A stretch of DNA of 64,000 nt from Angustibacter luteus (GCF_039541115.1 NZ_BAABFP010000008.1:434001-498000), one strand, 5' to 3'; positions 9,805 through 19,575 are shown, counted from the stretch's first letter. Numbers and translations: made by a program. The notes: a model not told the origin generated them from the sequence alone.

Positions 9805-11072
9805 AGCCTGACGGGGAGCGTCTCGACCCCGAAGACGACCGACTGCTCGCGGAACGTGAGCTCGTCCGGATGCACCGCCAGCGCGAGCTCGGGGTACCGG
9901 GTCGCGATCGCCCGGAAGGCCGTCCGCAGCTCCATCCGCGCCAGCTCGGCGCCCACGCAGCGGTGGAACCCGTGGCCGAAGGCGACGTGCGAGTCCGCGC
10001 GGCGGTCCGGGTCGACCGAGTCGGGGTCGGCGGCGAACCTCGGGTCGCGGTTGGCGCCGCTGAGGGAGCAGAGCACTGCGTCGCCGGCCGCGATGCGCTG
10101 GCCGAACAGCTGCAGGTCGTGCCGGGCGAAGCGCGGGAAGCCGGTCTGCACGACGGACAGGTGCCGCAGCAGCTCCTCGACCACGCCGGCCACGGCGTCG
10201 TCGTCCTGGCGGATCAGCTCCAGGACGTCGGGGTGCTGGATCAGGGTGAGCGTGCCCAGGCTGAGCATGCTGGCCGTGGTCTCGTAACCCCCGAGGAAGA
10301 CGCCGTCCGCCAGACCCGCGAGGTCGAGGTCGTCGATCTCGTCGCCGTGCTCGCGCAGGATCGCGCCGATCAGGCCGTCCCCCGGCTCTGCGCGCTGGCG
10401 GGCGACGACGTCCAGCAGGAACGACCGCGAGGTCGACGCCGCATCGAACAGGCCGATCCCGCCGCGGGTCAGGTCGAAGCGGCTCGCGCCCAGCTGGCGG
10501 AACGCCTCCCGGTCCTCCGGAGCGACGCCGAGGAGCTCGCAGATCACCAGGAACGGGATGGGGAAGGCGAAGTCCGCGACGAGGTCGACCACGGGCCCCT
10601 TGGCCTGCAGCGCATCCAGCTGCTCGTCCACGATCCGGGTGATGCCCGGCTGCAGCCGGGCCAGGCGACGCATCGTGAACTCCGGGGTGAGCAGGCCGCG
10701 CAGCCGGGTGTGGTCCGGCGGGTCGGTCAGCCCGAGGCCGCCGACGGAGTGCGCCGCCGTCGTGCCGTGGCTCGGGACCAGGCGGCGGATGTCGTTGCTG
10801 TAGCTCGACCGGTCCGCGAGGACGGCGCGGACCTCGGCGTGACCGCTGACCAGCCAGACGTTGAACCCGGCGAACCTCAGGAGCCGGCTCACCGGCTCGC
10901 GCTCGCGCCGCCGTCCCAGCTCGGCCACCGGGTCCAGCCCGTCGCGCCGGAACGGCAGCAGGAACGAGTCCGGCGCGAACGGCACGCGCGACAGATCCAG
11001 ACCCCCGGCGGCCACCCTCTTCAGCATCCGACGTCCGAACCATCGGGTCATCGGCGCACTCAGACTCGTCAC
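9792..11072 (-). CDS. Cytochrome P450
   Basis: DPPDHTRLR, GGYETT, EELLR (ExxR), heme motif AFGHGFHRCVG; start approximate. Confidence 0.95.
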   Translation of the reverse strand: MTSLSAPMTRWFGRRMLKRVAAGGLDLSRVPFAPDSFLLPFRRDGLDPVAELGRRREREPVSRLLRFAGFNVWLVSGHAEVRAVLADRSSYSNDIRRLVPSHGTTAAHSVGGLGLTDPPDHTRLRGLLTPEFTMRRLARLQPGITRIVDEQLDALQAKGPVVDLVADFAFPIPFLVICELLGVAPEDREAFRQLGASRFDLTRGGIGLFDAASTSRSFLLDVVARQRAEPGDGLIGAILREHGDEIDDLDLAGLADGVFLGGYETTASMLSLGTLTLIQHPDVLELIRQDDDAVAGVVEELLRHLSVVQTGFPRFARHDLQLFGQRIAAGDAVLCSLSGANRDPRFAADPDSVDPDRRADSHVAFGHGFHRCVGAELARMELRTAFRAIATRYPELALAVHPDELTFREQSVVFGVETLPVRLQPA

Positions 11073-11173
11073 GCCCCCTAGTGTCGCTCGGACCGGCGTC
11101 TTTCTGGCCCAGGCCCACCGGATCGGCACCTAACCTGTACAGATGCAGCGGGCGAGGCAGCGGTCGAACGGCC

Positions 11174-11545
11174 ATGGCTGACGCGGCGGACGTGCGCCGG
11201 ATCGCGCTCGAGCTGGCCCACGTCGCGGAGATCCCGAGCGACGGCTTCGACTTCCGGGTCGGCGGCAAGGGGTTCGTCTGGTCCTACCCGGAGCGCGAAC
11301 CGGGCCGGAAGCGGGTGATCCGGACCGACGTCGCCGTGCTGTTCGTCGGCGACGAGGGCGAGAAGCAGGCGCTGCTGAAGGGCGAGCCGGAGCTGTTCTT
11401 CACCACCCCGGCCTACGACGGGTGGCCCCTGGTGATGCTGCGGCTGGACGCCGTGGACGTCGAGCGGCTGACCGAGCTGGTCACGGACGCCTGGCGGATG
11501 CGGGCCCCGGACGAGCTGGGCTCGGGCTCGGTTGAGCTCAGCTGA
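11174..11545 (+). CDS. MmcQ/YjbR family protein
   Basis: FRVGGKGF...FFTTPAYDGWPLVMLRL...LVTDAWR. Confidence 0.8.
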   Translation: MADAADVRRIALELAHVAEIPSDGFDFRVGGKGFVWSYPEREPGRKRVIRTDVAVLFVGDEGEKQALLKGEPELFFTTPAYDGWPLVMLRLDAVDVERLTELVTDAWRMRAPDELGSGSVELS

Positions 11546-12074
11546 GGCGGGAGCGCGCGCGGTAGGCGGCGACGGCGTTGCGGTTGCCGCACGCGGTACT
11601 GCAGAACCGCCGAGAACGGTTGCGGGACAGGTCGAGCACGATCCCGTCGCAGGTGTCGTCGGCGCACACCCCGAGCCGGGACATCTCGTCGGACCGGATG
11701 ACGTCGATCATCGCCATCGCCGTCTCCACCGTCACCCGGGTGACCAGCGACGCCTCCATCGGGACCGCGTGGACGTGCCAGTCGAACGAGCCGTGCCGCT
11801 CCAGCCGGGGCACGGCGCCGGCCTCGGCCAGCATGGTGTTGACCAGGATGGCCGCGTCGTCCCGGTCGGCGACGAACAGCCCGCGCAGCACCGGCCGCAG
11901 CGCCCGGACGGCGGCCAGCTCGGCGCCGTCCCCGTCCCGGCGTCCGGTGTAGGACCACTCCGCGTACCACTCGTCGAGCTCCTCGACGGTGGTCAGCGTG
12001 TCCGGGGCCTCGGCGGTGTTCACCAACGCGACGGCAGCGCCGAGGGACATCTCGGTGTCATGACCGAAGAGCAC
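11538..12074 (-). CDS. CGNR zinc finger / ABATE domain protein
   Basis: LVNT; CADDTC...DLSRNRSRRFCSTACGNRNAVAAYRAR. Confidence 0.93.
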   Translation of the reverse strand: MLFGHDTEMSLGAAVALVNTAEAPDTLTTVEELDEWYAEWSYTGRRDGDGAELAAVRALRPVLRGLFVADRDDAAILVNTMLAEAGAVPRLERHGSFDWHVHAVPMEASLVTRVTVETAMAMIDVIRSDEMSRLGVCADDTCDGIVLDLSRNRSRRFCSTACGNRNAVAAYRARSRLS

Positions 12075-12075
12075 A

Positions 12076-12119
12076 TTGACAGATTACACCAGGCGGGCCT
12101 ACGGTCATGAGTCATGACC
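12076..12119. promoter_or_regulatory. Overlapping divergent promoters with palindrome
   Basis: Plus strand TTGACA(12076-81)-N18-TACGGT(12100-05); minus strand TAATCT 6 nt before GTG 12074; palindrome GGTCATGA-G-TCATGACC at 12103-12119. Confidence 0.7.
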
Positions 12120-13088
12120 ACCGTTGACCATGACAGCCTCGCGAGCGCCCCCTCGGCGACCGCCCCGACGGCGGCGCCGTCCCGGCTGGTCACCGGTCTC
12201 GTCTTCGCCGTGGTCTCCGCGACGACGTTCGGCCTGTCCGGCTCGCTGGCCCGCGGACTGCTCGACACCGGCTGGAGCGCCGGGGCCGTGGTCCTGGTGC
12301 GGGTCGGGATCGCTGCGCTCGTCGTGCTCCCGTTCGGCCTCTACGCGCTGCACGGTCGCTGGAACGTGCTCTGGCACAACGCCGGCCTGGTCCTGGTGTA
12401 CGGCGCCCTCGCCGTCGCCGGCGCCCAGTTCTGCTACTTCTCCGCGGTCGCCCGGATGGACGTCGGGCCGGCGTTGCTGATCGAGTACACCGCCCCCGCC
12501 GCCGTCGTGGTCTGGCTCTGGCTCCGTCACGGGCAGCGCCCCGGCCCGGTCACCCTGGTCGGCGCCGGGCTCGCCGCCCTCGGACTCGTCCTCGTGCTGG
12601 ACCTGCTCTCCGGCGCCGACCTCAACGTCGCCGGGGTGCTCTGGGCCCTCGCCGCCATGGTCGGTGCCGCGGCGTACTTCGTGATCTCGGCCGACGAGGC
12701 GAACGGGTTGCCGCCCCTGGCGCTCGCGGCCGGCGGGCTCGTCGTCGGTGCCCTCTTCCTCGGCGTCCTCGGGGTCGTCGGCCTGCTGCCGATGGACACC
12801 TCGACCAGCTCGACGACGTACGCCGGGCACACGGTCGCGTGGTGGGTCCCGCTGCTGGTGCTCGGCGTCGTGACGGCCGCGGTGTCGTACACGACGGGCA
12901 TCGCGGCCGGGCGCCGGCTGGGCTCGCGCTTGGCGTCGTTCGTGGCGCTGCTCGAGGTCGTGGCCGGCGTCGTGTTCGCCTGGCTGCTCCTCGACCAGCT
13001 GCCGCGTCCGGTCCAGCTGGTGGGTGGGCTGCTGATCCTGGCCGGGGTCGTCGCGGTCAAGCTGGGCGAGTCGCGGGTCCGCTCGTGA
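12114..13088 (+). CDS. EamA/DMT family transporter
   Basis: Ten-TM duplicated EamA pattern; ALLIEYTAP, SFVALLEVV. Confidence 0.9.
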   Translation: MTTVDHDSLASAPSATAPTAAPSRLVTGLVFAVVSATTFGLSGSLARGLLDTGWSAGAVVLVRVGIAALVVLPFGLYALHGRWNVLWHNAGLVLVYGALAVAGAQFCYFSAVARMDVGPALLIEYTAPAAVVVWLWLRHGQRPGPVTLVGAGLAALGLVLVLDLLSGADLNVAGVLWALAAMVGAAAYFVISADEANGLPPLALAAGGLVVGALFLGVLGVVGLLPMDTSTSSTTYAGHTVAWWVPLLVLGVVTAAVSYTTGIAAGRRLGSRLASFVALLEVVAGVVFAWLLLDQLPRPVQLVGGLLILAGVVAVKLGESRVRS

Positions 13089-13483
13089 GGGACGCGGGCA
13101 GCGACGCAGGCGCCGACGCGTGGCGGTTCGCCGATGCCTGGGTCCTCACCGCCGTCACGATCTCCCAGCATCCCTGCGACCTGGTCGACCTGGTCGCGGC
13201 CGCGGATGCCGTCAACCACGCGATCGTCACGGAGGCCGAGGTCGAGTCGTCCGTCGGCCGGCTCGCGGCCGCTGGCCTGCTCGCGATCGACGGCGACGAC
13301 CGGTTCGCCCTCACGGGTGAGGGTGCGGCCCTGGTCGGGCACCGTCAGGGTGGGCTCGTCGGCCAGGTGGCCTCGGTGCTGCAGCTGCTCAGGGCCGTCA
13401 CCCCCGGGACGTCGTCGTGGCGCCTGCCGCCAGGGGCGTGGAGCGCCGCGACGGCCCAGTACCGCCGCGACCTACCGGGCTAG
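13085..13483 (+). CDS. Hypothetical protein (possible winged helix)
   Basis: GTGA overlap with EamA stop; SVGRLAAAGLL...FALTGEG; fills the gap between genes. Confidence 0.5.
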   Translation: MRDAGSDAGADAWRFADAWVLTAVTISQHPCDLVDLVAAADAVNHAIVTEAEVESSVGRLAAAGLLAIDGDDRFALTGEGAALVGHRQGGLVGQVASVLQLLRAVTPGTSSWRLPPGAWSAATAQYRRDLPG

Positions 13484-14043
13484 GCCACGGTGCGGCGCAT
13501 GACGCAGTTGCCCAACCCCTTGCTGCGGATGAACTCGAAGCCGGCCCGCTCGAACAGCGCCCGGGTTCCGTCGTAGAGCACGGACTTCTTCTGGCCGTCG
13601 TTGTCGTGCGGGTAGCCCTCGACGACGCCGCCACCCGCCGCCGCGATCAGGTCGAGGGTGCCCTGCAGGGCGATGGCGGACAGCCCGCGCCGCCGGTAGC
13701 GCTTGTCGACGAAGATGCAGGTGATCCGGTAGTCGGGCCGGACGTCGAGCTCCTCCTCGTACTGCTTGCGGTGGTAGATGTTCGGCAGCTCGTCCGGGCT
13801 GCCGTACTCGCTCCAGGCCACCACCTCGTCCCCGTCGAACACCAGTGCCGCATGGGCCCGCCCCTCGACGACGAGGCGGTGCTTGAGGGATCGGTTGGCG
13901 TCGTAGGTGCGTTCCTTCTCGGCGTTCATGGTGTGGAAGTAGGTGCACCAGCAGCCGCCGAACACGCCGTTGTGCCGCTCGACCATCTCAGCGAACGCGT
14001 CCCAGCTCTGCGACGTCAGCGGCCTGACCTGGAACTCGCTCAC
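13480..14043 (-). CDS. GNAT family N-acetyltransferase (CWC-motif type)
   Basis: GGCWC; ITCIFVDKRYRRRGLS (acetyl-CoA motif); VEGYP; LFERAGF; SD GAGGGAGG. Confidence 0.88.
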   Translation of the reverse strand: MSEFQVRPLTSQSWDAFAEMVERHNGVFGGCWCTYFHTMNAEKERTYDANRSLKHRLVVEGRAHAALVFDGDEVVAWSEYGSPDELPNIYHRKQYEEELDVRPDYRITCIFVDKRYRRRGLSAIALQGTLDLIAAAGGGVVEGYPHDNDGQKKSVLYDGTRALFERAGFEFIRSKGLGNCVMRRTVA

Positions 14044-14130
14044 GGTCCCTCCCTCGCTCGATCGCGCCGGTGATCGCTTCGTAGGCTGGCACAGCAACAG
14101 GACGAAAACCGTCCGGATCTAGGGGCAGCG

Positions 14131-14715
14131 TCACGAGGTGACGGTGCGCCGCATGACCCAGCGCCACTTGGCGATGCGGCGGTCGCGCTCGAAGCCGAAC
14201 TCCTCGAACAGGCTCTCGGGGCCGGTGTGCAGGAAGGCGCCTCGCTGTGGCGCGCGCCCGTCCAGCTGCTCGGGGTAGGCCTCCACGACGCCTCCGCCGG
14301 CCTCGCCGATCGCGCTCAGCGCCGCGGCCAGGGCGGCACGCACGACGCCCTGGCGCCGGTGCTTGCTGCCGGCGAAGACGCAGCCGATCCGCCAGTCCGG
14401 CAGGGCCACGAGCTCCTTCTCGTAGGCCTTGGCGTTCTTGATCGAGGCCACCTCACCCGGCGGCCCGTACTGGCACCAGCCCACGCACTCGTCGCCGGCG
14501 TAGACGAGGATCTGGTGGACGGTCCGGTTCTCGACATGGGCTCGCTTGGCGTCGCGGTTGCCCTCCCGCGAGTCCTGGAAGCCGTCGGGGTGGAACCCGA
14601 TGCACCAGCACCCGCCCCAGACCCCGTTGTTCGCCTCCACGAGCGCAGCGAAGTCCGGCCACGTCTGCGGCGTGAGCGGCTTGGTCACGTACTGGGCCGG
14701 CGCTGACGACGTCAC
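14131..14715 (-). CDS. GNAT family N-acetyltransferase (paralog of neighbour)
   Basis: GGCWC; HRRQGV; VEAYP; LFEEFGF. Confidence 0.88.
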   Translation of the reverse strand: MTSSAPAQYVTKPLTPQTWPDFAALVEANNGVWGGCWCIGFHPDGFQDSREGNRDAKRAHVENRTVHQILVYAGDECVGWCQYGPPGEVASIKNAKAYEKELVALPDWRIGCVFAGSKHRRQGVVRAALAAALSAIGEAGGGVVEAYPEQLDGRAPQRGAFLHTGPESLFEEFGFERDRRIAKWRWVMRRTVTS

Positions 14716-14779
14716 CCCGTCAGCCTGCCCGAAACCGCCAGGCGCCGCCAAGCACGCGATCCGACGTACCGTGTCAGGG

Positions 14780-15064
14780 GTGATGTTCAGTCGGGACCTG
14801 CGCGAGGCGGTGGCGGGTGGCGAGATCACGGTGTCGATCCGGCTCTGGGCGCGCCCGCAGGTCAAGGCCGGCGGGCGCTACGCGACGTGCGGCGTCCTGA
14901 TCGAGGTCGACACCATCGAGGTGCTGCCGTTCTCCGCCGTGACGGACGACGACGTGCAGGCTTCGGGTGAACCGGACCGGGAGACGCTGCGCGTCCGCGC
15001 CGCTCACGCCGGCCCGATTGACGACGCCACCTTGGTCTACCGGATCGAGTTCCACGTCGTGTAG
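14780..15064 (+). CDS. ASCH/PUA-like domain protein
   Basis: MFSRDLREAVAGGEITVSIRLW...VYRIEFH; TACCGT 7 nt before GTG. Confidence 0.7.
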   Translation: MMFSRDLREAVAGGEITVSIRLWARPQVKAGGRYATCGVLIEVDTIEVLPFSAVTDDDVQASGEPDRETLRVRAAHAGPIDDATLVYRIEFHVV

Positions 15065-16041
15065 CCGTGTCCGGCAGCCGCGTCGGGCCGCTGCCCACCC
15101 CCGGTGATCATGCACGTTCGCCCCGCCGAGCGCCGGGCCACCCCGGCCAGCAGGTCCGCGACCTGGACCCGCGGATCGTCTCGGGAGTCGACCGACACCA
15201 GCCCCGCCAGCGGTGACACCTCGCGGCCCTGGGCGAGCACCTGCTGGAGGCGCTGGAGCCGGCCGGGGGTGAGTGCGCTCTGCTCGTCGTGGATCACCAG
15301 CACCTGCCGGTGCACCCCGCTCCAGAAGAGGACGGTCTCGGCGAGCGCCGGCAGGAGGGGCTCCAGCGGTGGCGGGATCGACGGGTCGCGTTGCGCGAGG
15401 CGGGTCAGGACGTCCCAGACGTGCGCCGGGTCGATGGCAGCGAGGACGTGCTCGGCCTCGGCGCCCGGCCCGGAACCGGCCAGGTCGTCCCGCGCCTGGA
15501 TGAACTGCTGCACGGCACCGCGACTCGGCTGGCGCCGACGCTTGGTGCGCACCAGCGCAACGAAGGCCTGGAGGAAGCGGTCCCAGCGGGGACCCACCTC
15601 GCGGCCGGCTCGGTAGAGGGCCAGGGCGGACACGCCGGAGCCCTCAGCCAGGCTGGTCCCCGCCGCGTACGTGGGCTCGGCCAGGAACAGGTCGACGACC
15701 CGGGACGCGACGAAGTGCTGCTTGTCGATCAGGTGGACGTGTGCGCGTCCGCTGAGCGCGTCGAGGAGCCATGCCAGCCCCTCGTCGACGTGCGCACCGC
15801 GCAGGAACCGTCCGGACTTGACCTCGTCGGACCGCCGGAAGCCGGACCGCAGCCCCGCGACCAGGTCGGCGGCCTCGTCCGGTCGCAGGTCGACGCTCGC
15901 GTGCGCGAACACCGGTGTGGCGGCGTCCAGCAGGTTGGTGCCGGAGAACCCGGACTCGTCGCAGGCGATCTCGACGACCCCGGCCAGCCCCGCCGTCGGC
16001 GGCAACCCACCCTGCGGGGGCGTCCTGCGATCCGCGACCAC
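15037..16041 (-). CDS. DUF3800-like (RNase H fold) protein
   Basis: IACDESG N-terminal motif, IHDEQ, DSRDDPRVQVADLLAG; C-terminus runs through a REP copy. Confidence 0.7.
   Translation of the reverse strand: MVADRRTPPQGGLPPTAGLAGVVEIACDESGFSGTNLLDAATPVFAHASVDLRPDEAADLVAGLRSGFRRSDEVKSGRFLRGAHVDEGLAWLLDALSGRAHVHLIDKQHFVASRVVDLFLAEPTYAAGTSLAEGSGVSALALYRAGREVGPRWDRFLQAFVALVRTKRRRQPSRGAVQQFIQARDDLAGSGPGAEAEHVLAAIDPAHVWDVLTRLAQRDPSIPPPLEPLLPALAETVLFWSGVHRQVLVIHDEQSALTPGRLQRLQQVLAQGREVSPLAGLVSVDSRDDPRVQVADLLAGVARRSAGRTCMITGGGQRPDAAAGHGYTTWNSIR
15094..15127 (+). repeat. GTGATCATGCACGTTCGCCC repeat, copy A
   Basis: Exact 20-mer at 15104-15123 with C-rich 5' flank; also at 48.7 kb and 57.1 kb. Confidence 0.9.
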
Positions 16042-16063
16042 GACGCCCTCCTCGGAACCCGGA

Positions 16064-16393
16064 TCAGAGCTGCATGAGCGCCGCGGAGGTGATGTACGCC
16101 GCGTAGCCACCCTCGGCGTCGTGCAGGTCCTCCTTGCCCTCCAACGCCGACTGCGCGCGAGCGCGCACCGCTGCGCCGGGATCCGCGGTCACCAGGTCGA
16201 TGCACAGCCCGGCGACGACCGCGCTGGCGTCGTGCTCGTCCAGGTCATCGAGGACCAGCCCGTTGTGCAGCAGGGTGGCTGCTTCCATGAAGACCTCGCG
16301 GGCCATCTCGAGGTCGACCTCGGGTCGCGCCTGGGCCACGGCCTCGGCGGTCGCGAGGAACTGGTCGAACGGGGGGTCGACGGCGCTGGGCAT
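16064..16393 (-). CDS. Hypothetical protein
   Basis: 109-aa helical acidic ORF MPSAVDPPFDQFLATAEAVA... with high-GC3 codons. Confidence 0.6.
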   Translation of the reverse strand: MPSAVDPPFDQFLATAEAVAQARPEVDLEMAREVFMEAATLLHNGLVLDDLDEHDASAVVAGLCIDLVTADPGAAVRARAQSALEGKEDLHDAEGGYAAYITSAALMQL

Positions 16394-16466
16394 AGCGCGA
16401 GCCTGCCAAGGCGCCGACGTCCCGACAACCGAATATGTGGCGCTGCGGCGACGTAGCGTGGCACGT

Positions 16467-17339
16467 ATGACCGACACGTATCGACTCGCCGACCGGGACG
16501 TCCACCGGATCGGCTACGGCGCCATGCAGCTGCCCGGCCCTGGCGTGATGGGGCCACCCCGCGACCACGACGGCGCGCTGCGGGTGCTCCGCCGCGCGGT
16601 CGAGCTCGGCGTGAACCACATCGACACCGCCCAGTACTACGGCATCGGGGTGTCCAACGGCCTGATCCGCGAGGCGCTGCACCCCTACCCGGACGACCTG
16701 GCGATCGTCTCCAAGGTCGGTGCCCGGCGCGACGCCGGCGGCGGTTGGATCGCCGCGCAGCATCCGGCGCAGCTGCGGGAGGACGTCGAGGAGAACCTGC
16801 GCGTCCTCGGGGTCGAGCGCCTGACCGCGGTGAACCTGCGCCGGATGGACGAGCACGCGGATCCGGCGGATGCCGTGCCGTTCGAGGACCAGCTCGCGGA
16901 GATGGTGGCCCTGCGCGAGGAGGGAAAGATCGCGGGCGTCGGGGTGTCCACGGTCTCGGCGGAGCAGGTGGAGACGGCGATCCGGCTGGCCGACATCGCG
17001 TGCGTGCAGAACGCGTTCAGCCTGGTCGACCGGGGCGACGCCGACGTCCTCGCCCGGTGCACTGCGGTCGGCGTCGCCTACGTGCCGTACTTCCCGCTCG
17101 GCTCGGCCTTCCCGCACCTCCCCAAGGTCACGGAGCAGCCGCAGGTGCAGGCGGTGGCGGCCCGGCACGGCGTGCCGGCGAGCCGCGTCGGACTGGCCTG
17201 GGTGCTGTCGCGCGCCGAGAACGTGCTGCTGATCCCCGGCACGTCGTCCGTCGACCACCTCGAGGACAACCTGGCGGCCGGGGACCTCACCCTGTCCGCG
17301 CAGGACCTGGACGAACTGGCCGGCGTCAGGGCCGGTTGA
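16467..17339 (+). CDS. Aldo/keto reductase
   Basis: IGYGAMQL, IDTAQYYG, IVSKVG, LLIPGTSSVDHLEDN. Confidence 0.92.
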   Translation: MTDTYRLADRDVHRIGYGAMQLPGPGVMGPPRDHDGALRVLRRAVELGVNHIDTAQYYGIGVSNGLIREALHPYPDDLAIVSKVGARRDAGGGWIAAQHPAQLREDVEENLRVLGVERLTAVNLRRMDEHADPADAVPFEDQLAEMVALREEGKIAGVGVSTVSAEQVETAIRLADIACVQNAFSLVDRGDADVLARCTAVGVAYVPYFPLGSAFPHLPKVTEQPQVQAVAARHGVPASRVGLAWVLSRAENVLLIPGTSSVDHLEDNLAAGDLTLSAQDLDELAGVRAG

Positions 17340-17345
17340 GACCGG

Positions 17346-18422
17346 CTAGCTCAGCCCGTCCGCGTGGCCGTCGAGATAGGCGGCGACGAGCGTCCCGAGG
17401 CTGGGCAGGTGGTAGCCGCCCTCCTGCACGACCACGGACGGCAGTCCGGTGTGGCCCAGAACCGTTCCGGCGCCCCGGTATCCGTCGTGGGTGACCAGCA
17501 GCGGGCTCTCCGGGTCGTCCGCCGCGGCATCCACCCCGAGCGAGACGACGAGCGCCGTGCAGCCGGCCTGCGCGACCCAGGCCGCCAGGTCGCCGACCGC
17601 CGCCAGCCAGGGCCCATCCCCCGTTCCCGCGGCGAGCGGGACGTTCCGGGTCGCCCCGACCCCTGGCCCGACGCCCGTCTCGTCGGCGTACCCGACGACG
17701 TGCGGGAACCAGCCCGCGCCGGGGTCGACGTGCACGGACCCGTAGAGCACGTCGGCACGGTCGTAGAAGATCGCGGCGGTCCCGTTGCCCTGGTGGGCGT
17801 CGATGTCGACCACGGCGACGCGCTCGTGGCCCTGGCCGCGAAGTGCTTCTGCCGCAACGGCGGCGTTGTTCAGGTAGCAGGAACCGCCGAAGCCGGCGGG
17901 CGTCGCGTGGTGCCCCGGAGGACGGCAGAGCGCGTACGCCAGCCGCTCCCCCGCGCCCACCAGCGCAGCGGCCTCGAGGGCGCAGTCGACCGCCGCCCGC
18001 GCCGCCTCCCAGGTGCCCGGGCCGACCAGCGTCATCGTGTCGTAGGCGAACCGCCCGGCGTCCGCGTGCACCGAGACGGGACGGCGCACCGGCAGCCCCG
18101 CAGTCATCGCCGGGGTCGGGAACAGGTACGGGACGACGCGGTCCTGCCCGACCAGCTCGGCGTACGGCCCCGCCGCCCAGCGCTCGGCGGCCGTGGCCAG
18201 GAACTCGAGCAGCTCGCCGTCGTGCACCTGCCGCAGCACGTCGTCCCCGTGCCCGGGTGCCTCGACCAGTCGGTGGCCGGCGTCCCGCAGCGCCTGCAGG
18301 ATCACGTCCACCCGGGTGGCGACCTCGGTGCCCTGGGTGGCCACGCCGACCCAGATCTCGTGCCGCGGGTCGTGCTCGCGGGTGGCCGGCGACCACACCA
18401 CCGGCGCCGTCAACTGACTCAT
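17346..18422 (-). CDS. Zn-dependent histone deacetylase family protein (acetylpolyamine/acetyllysine amidohydrolase-like)
   Basis: RPPGHHA, GSCYLNN, DIDAHQGNGT, SLGVD, QEGGY. Confidence 0.92.
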   Translation of the reverse strand: MSQLTAPVVWSPATREHDPRHEIWVGVATQGTEVATRVDVILQALRDAGHRLVEAPGHGDDVLRQVHDGELLEFLATAAERWAAGPYAELVGQDRVVPYLFPTPAMTAGLPVRRPVSVHADAGRFAYDTMTLVGPGTWEAARAAVDCALEAAALVGAGERLAYALCRPPGHHATPAGFGGSCYLNNAAVAAEALRGQGHERVAVVDIDAHQGNGTAAIFYDRADVLYGSVHVDPGAGWFPHVVGYADETGVGPGVGATRNVPLAAGTGDGPWLAAVGDLAAWVAQAGCTALVVSLGVDAAADDPESPLLVTHDGYRGAGTVLGHTGLPSVVVQEGGYHLPSLGTLVAAYLDGHADGLS

Positions 18423-18430
18423 GAGTCAGC
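18413..18430. promoter_or_regulatory. Putative TetR operator 1
   Basis: ACTGACTCATGAGTCAGC overlapping the deacetylase start codon and upstream of dmpA. Confidence 0.75.
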
Positions 18431-18471
18431 ATCACACCACATCCGGGTCCGCGGTGCGGCAGGATGGCGCC

Positions 18472-19575
18472 ATGTCGCGCGCGCGTGAGATCGGCATCGA
18501 GATCGGCGTCCTGCCCACCGGCCCCACGAACTCCGTGCTGGACGTCGCCGGGGTGGGCCTCGGGCACGCGACCGTCGTGCGGGACGAGCCGGCTCCGCCG
18601 CAGGGGCGAGGCGTGGCGCGCACCGGCGTGACGACGTTGCTGCTCGCCGAGGACGCCTACCTGCGGCCGGTCGCCGCCGGCGGCGCGGTGCTGAACGGCG
18701 CCGGCGAGTGCACCGGGTTCCTCACCGCGGGCGAGTGGGGCGCGGTCGAGACGCCGGTCTACCTGACGTCCACGATGCAGCTCGGCCGGGTCTACGACGC
18801 GGCCTGCCAGATCGCGCTCGAGCAGCACGACGCGGTGGCCGACGACGTCGTCATCCCCGTCGTCGGCGAGTGCGACGACTCCTTCCTCAACGACTGCCGG
18901 CGGATGCAGGTGAGCGAGCAGGACGTGCGCGACGCCTACGCCCGGGCCCTCGCCTCGCGGGGCGGCGAGCAGGCACCCGCCGAGGGCGCCGTCGGCGCCG
19001 GGACGGGCATGTCCTGCCTGGGGTTCAAGGGCGGCATCGGCACGTCGTCCCGGGTGACGCCGGACGGCCACACCGTTGCCGTCCTGCTGCTGACCAACTT
19101 CGGCGAGCGCAAGCGCCTCACCGTGGACGGGACGCCGCTCGGCCGCCTGCTGCCACCACCGGAGGAGCTCAGCGCGGATCGGGTCGAGCCGGACCGTCCC
19201 GCCGGATCGTGCATCGGGATCGTGGTGACCGACGCGCCGGTGGACAGCGCCGGGTGCGCCCGCCTGGCCCGCCGCATCGGCCTCGGCCTGGCGCGCACCG
19301 GATCCACCGCGCACCACGGCAGCGGCGAGATCTTCCTGGCCGCCTCCACCGCGTGCCGCACCGACCGGGACGGCGGGTCCAGCGGCATCGAGCTCGTGTC
19401 GGGTCGCGGGCTGGACGCGCTGTTCGAGGCGGTGGTCGATGCCGCGGAGGAAGCCGTCCTGAACTCCCTGCTCACCGCCCCGACCACGGTCGGACGGGAC
19501 GCCAACACCAGCGAGGGCCTGGATCCCGCGCTGGTCACCCGACTGATGGGGGGTGCCTACCGTGGCCGGCACTGA
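18472..19575 (+). CDS. DmpA-like peptidase (family P1/S58)
   Basis: DVAGVGLGH, RTGVT, ECDDSFLND, EGAVGAGTGM, GFKGGIGTSSR, GS cleavage site (AGSCI), SGEIFLA. Confidence 0.9.
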   Translation: MSRAREIGIEIGVLPTGPTNSVLDVAGVGLGHATVVRDEPAPPQGRGVARTGVTTLLLAEDAYLRPVAAGGAVLNGAGECTGFLTAGEWGAVETPVYLTSTMQLGRVYDAACQIALEQHDAVADDVVIPVVGECDDSFLNDCRRMQVSEQDVRDAYARALASRGGEQAPAEGAVGAGTGMSCLGFKGGIGTSSRVTPDGHTVAVLLLTNFGERKRLTVDGTPLGRLLPPPEELSADRVEPDRPAGSCIGIVVTDAPVDSAGCARLARRIGLGLARTGSTAHHGSGEIFLAASTACRTDRDGGSSGIELVSGRGLDALFEAVVDAAEEAVLNSLLTAPTTVGRDANTSEGLDPALVTRLMGGAYRGRH

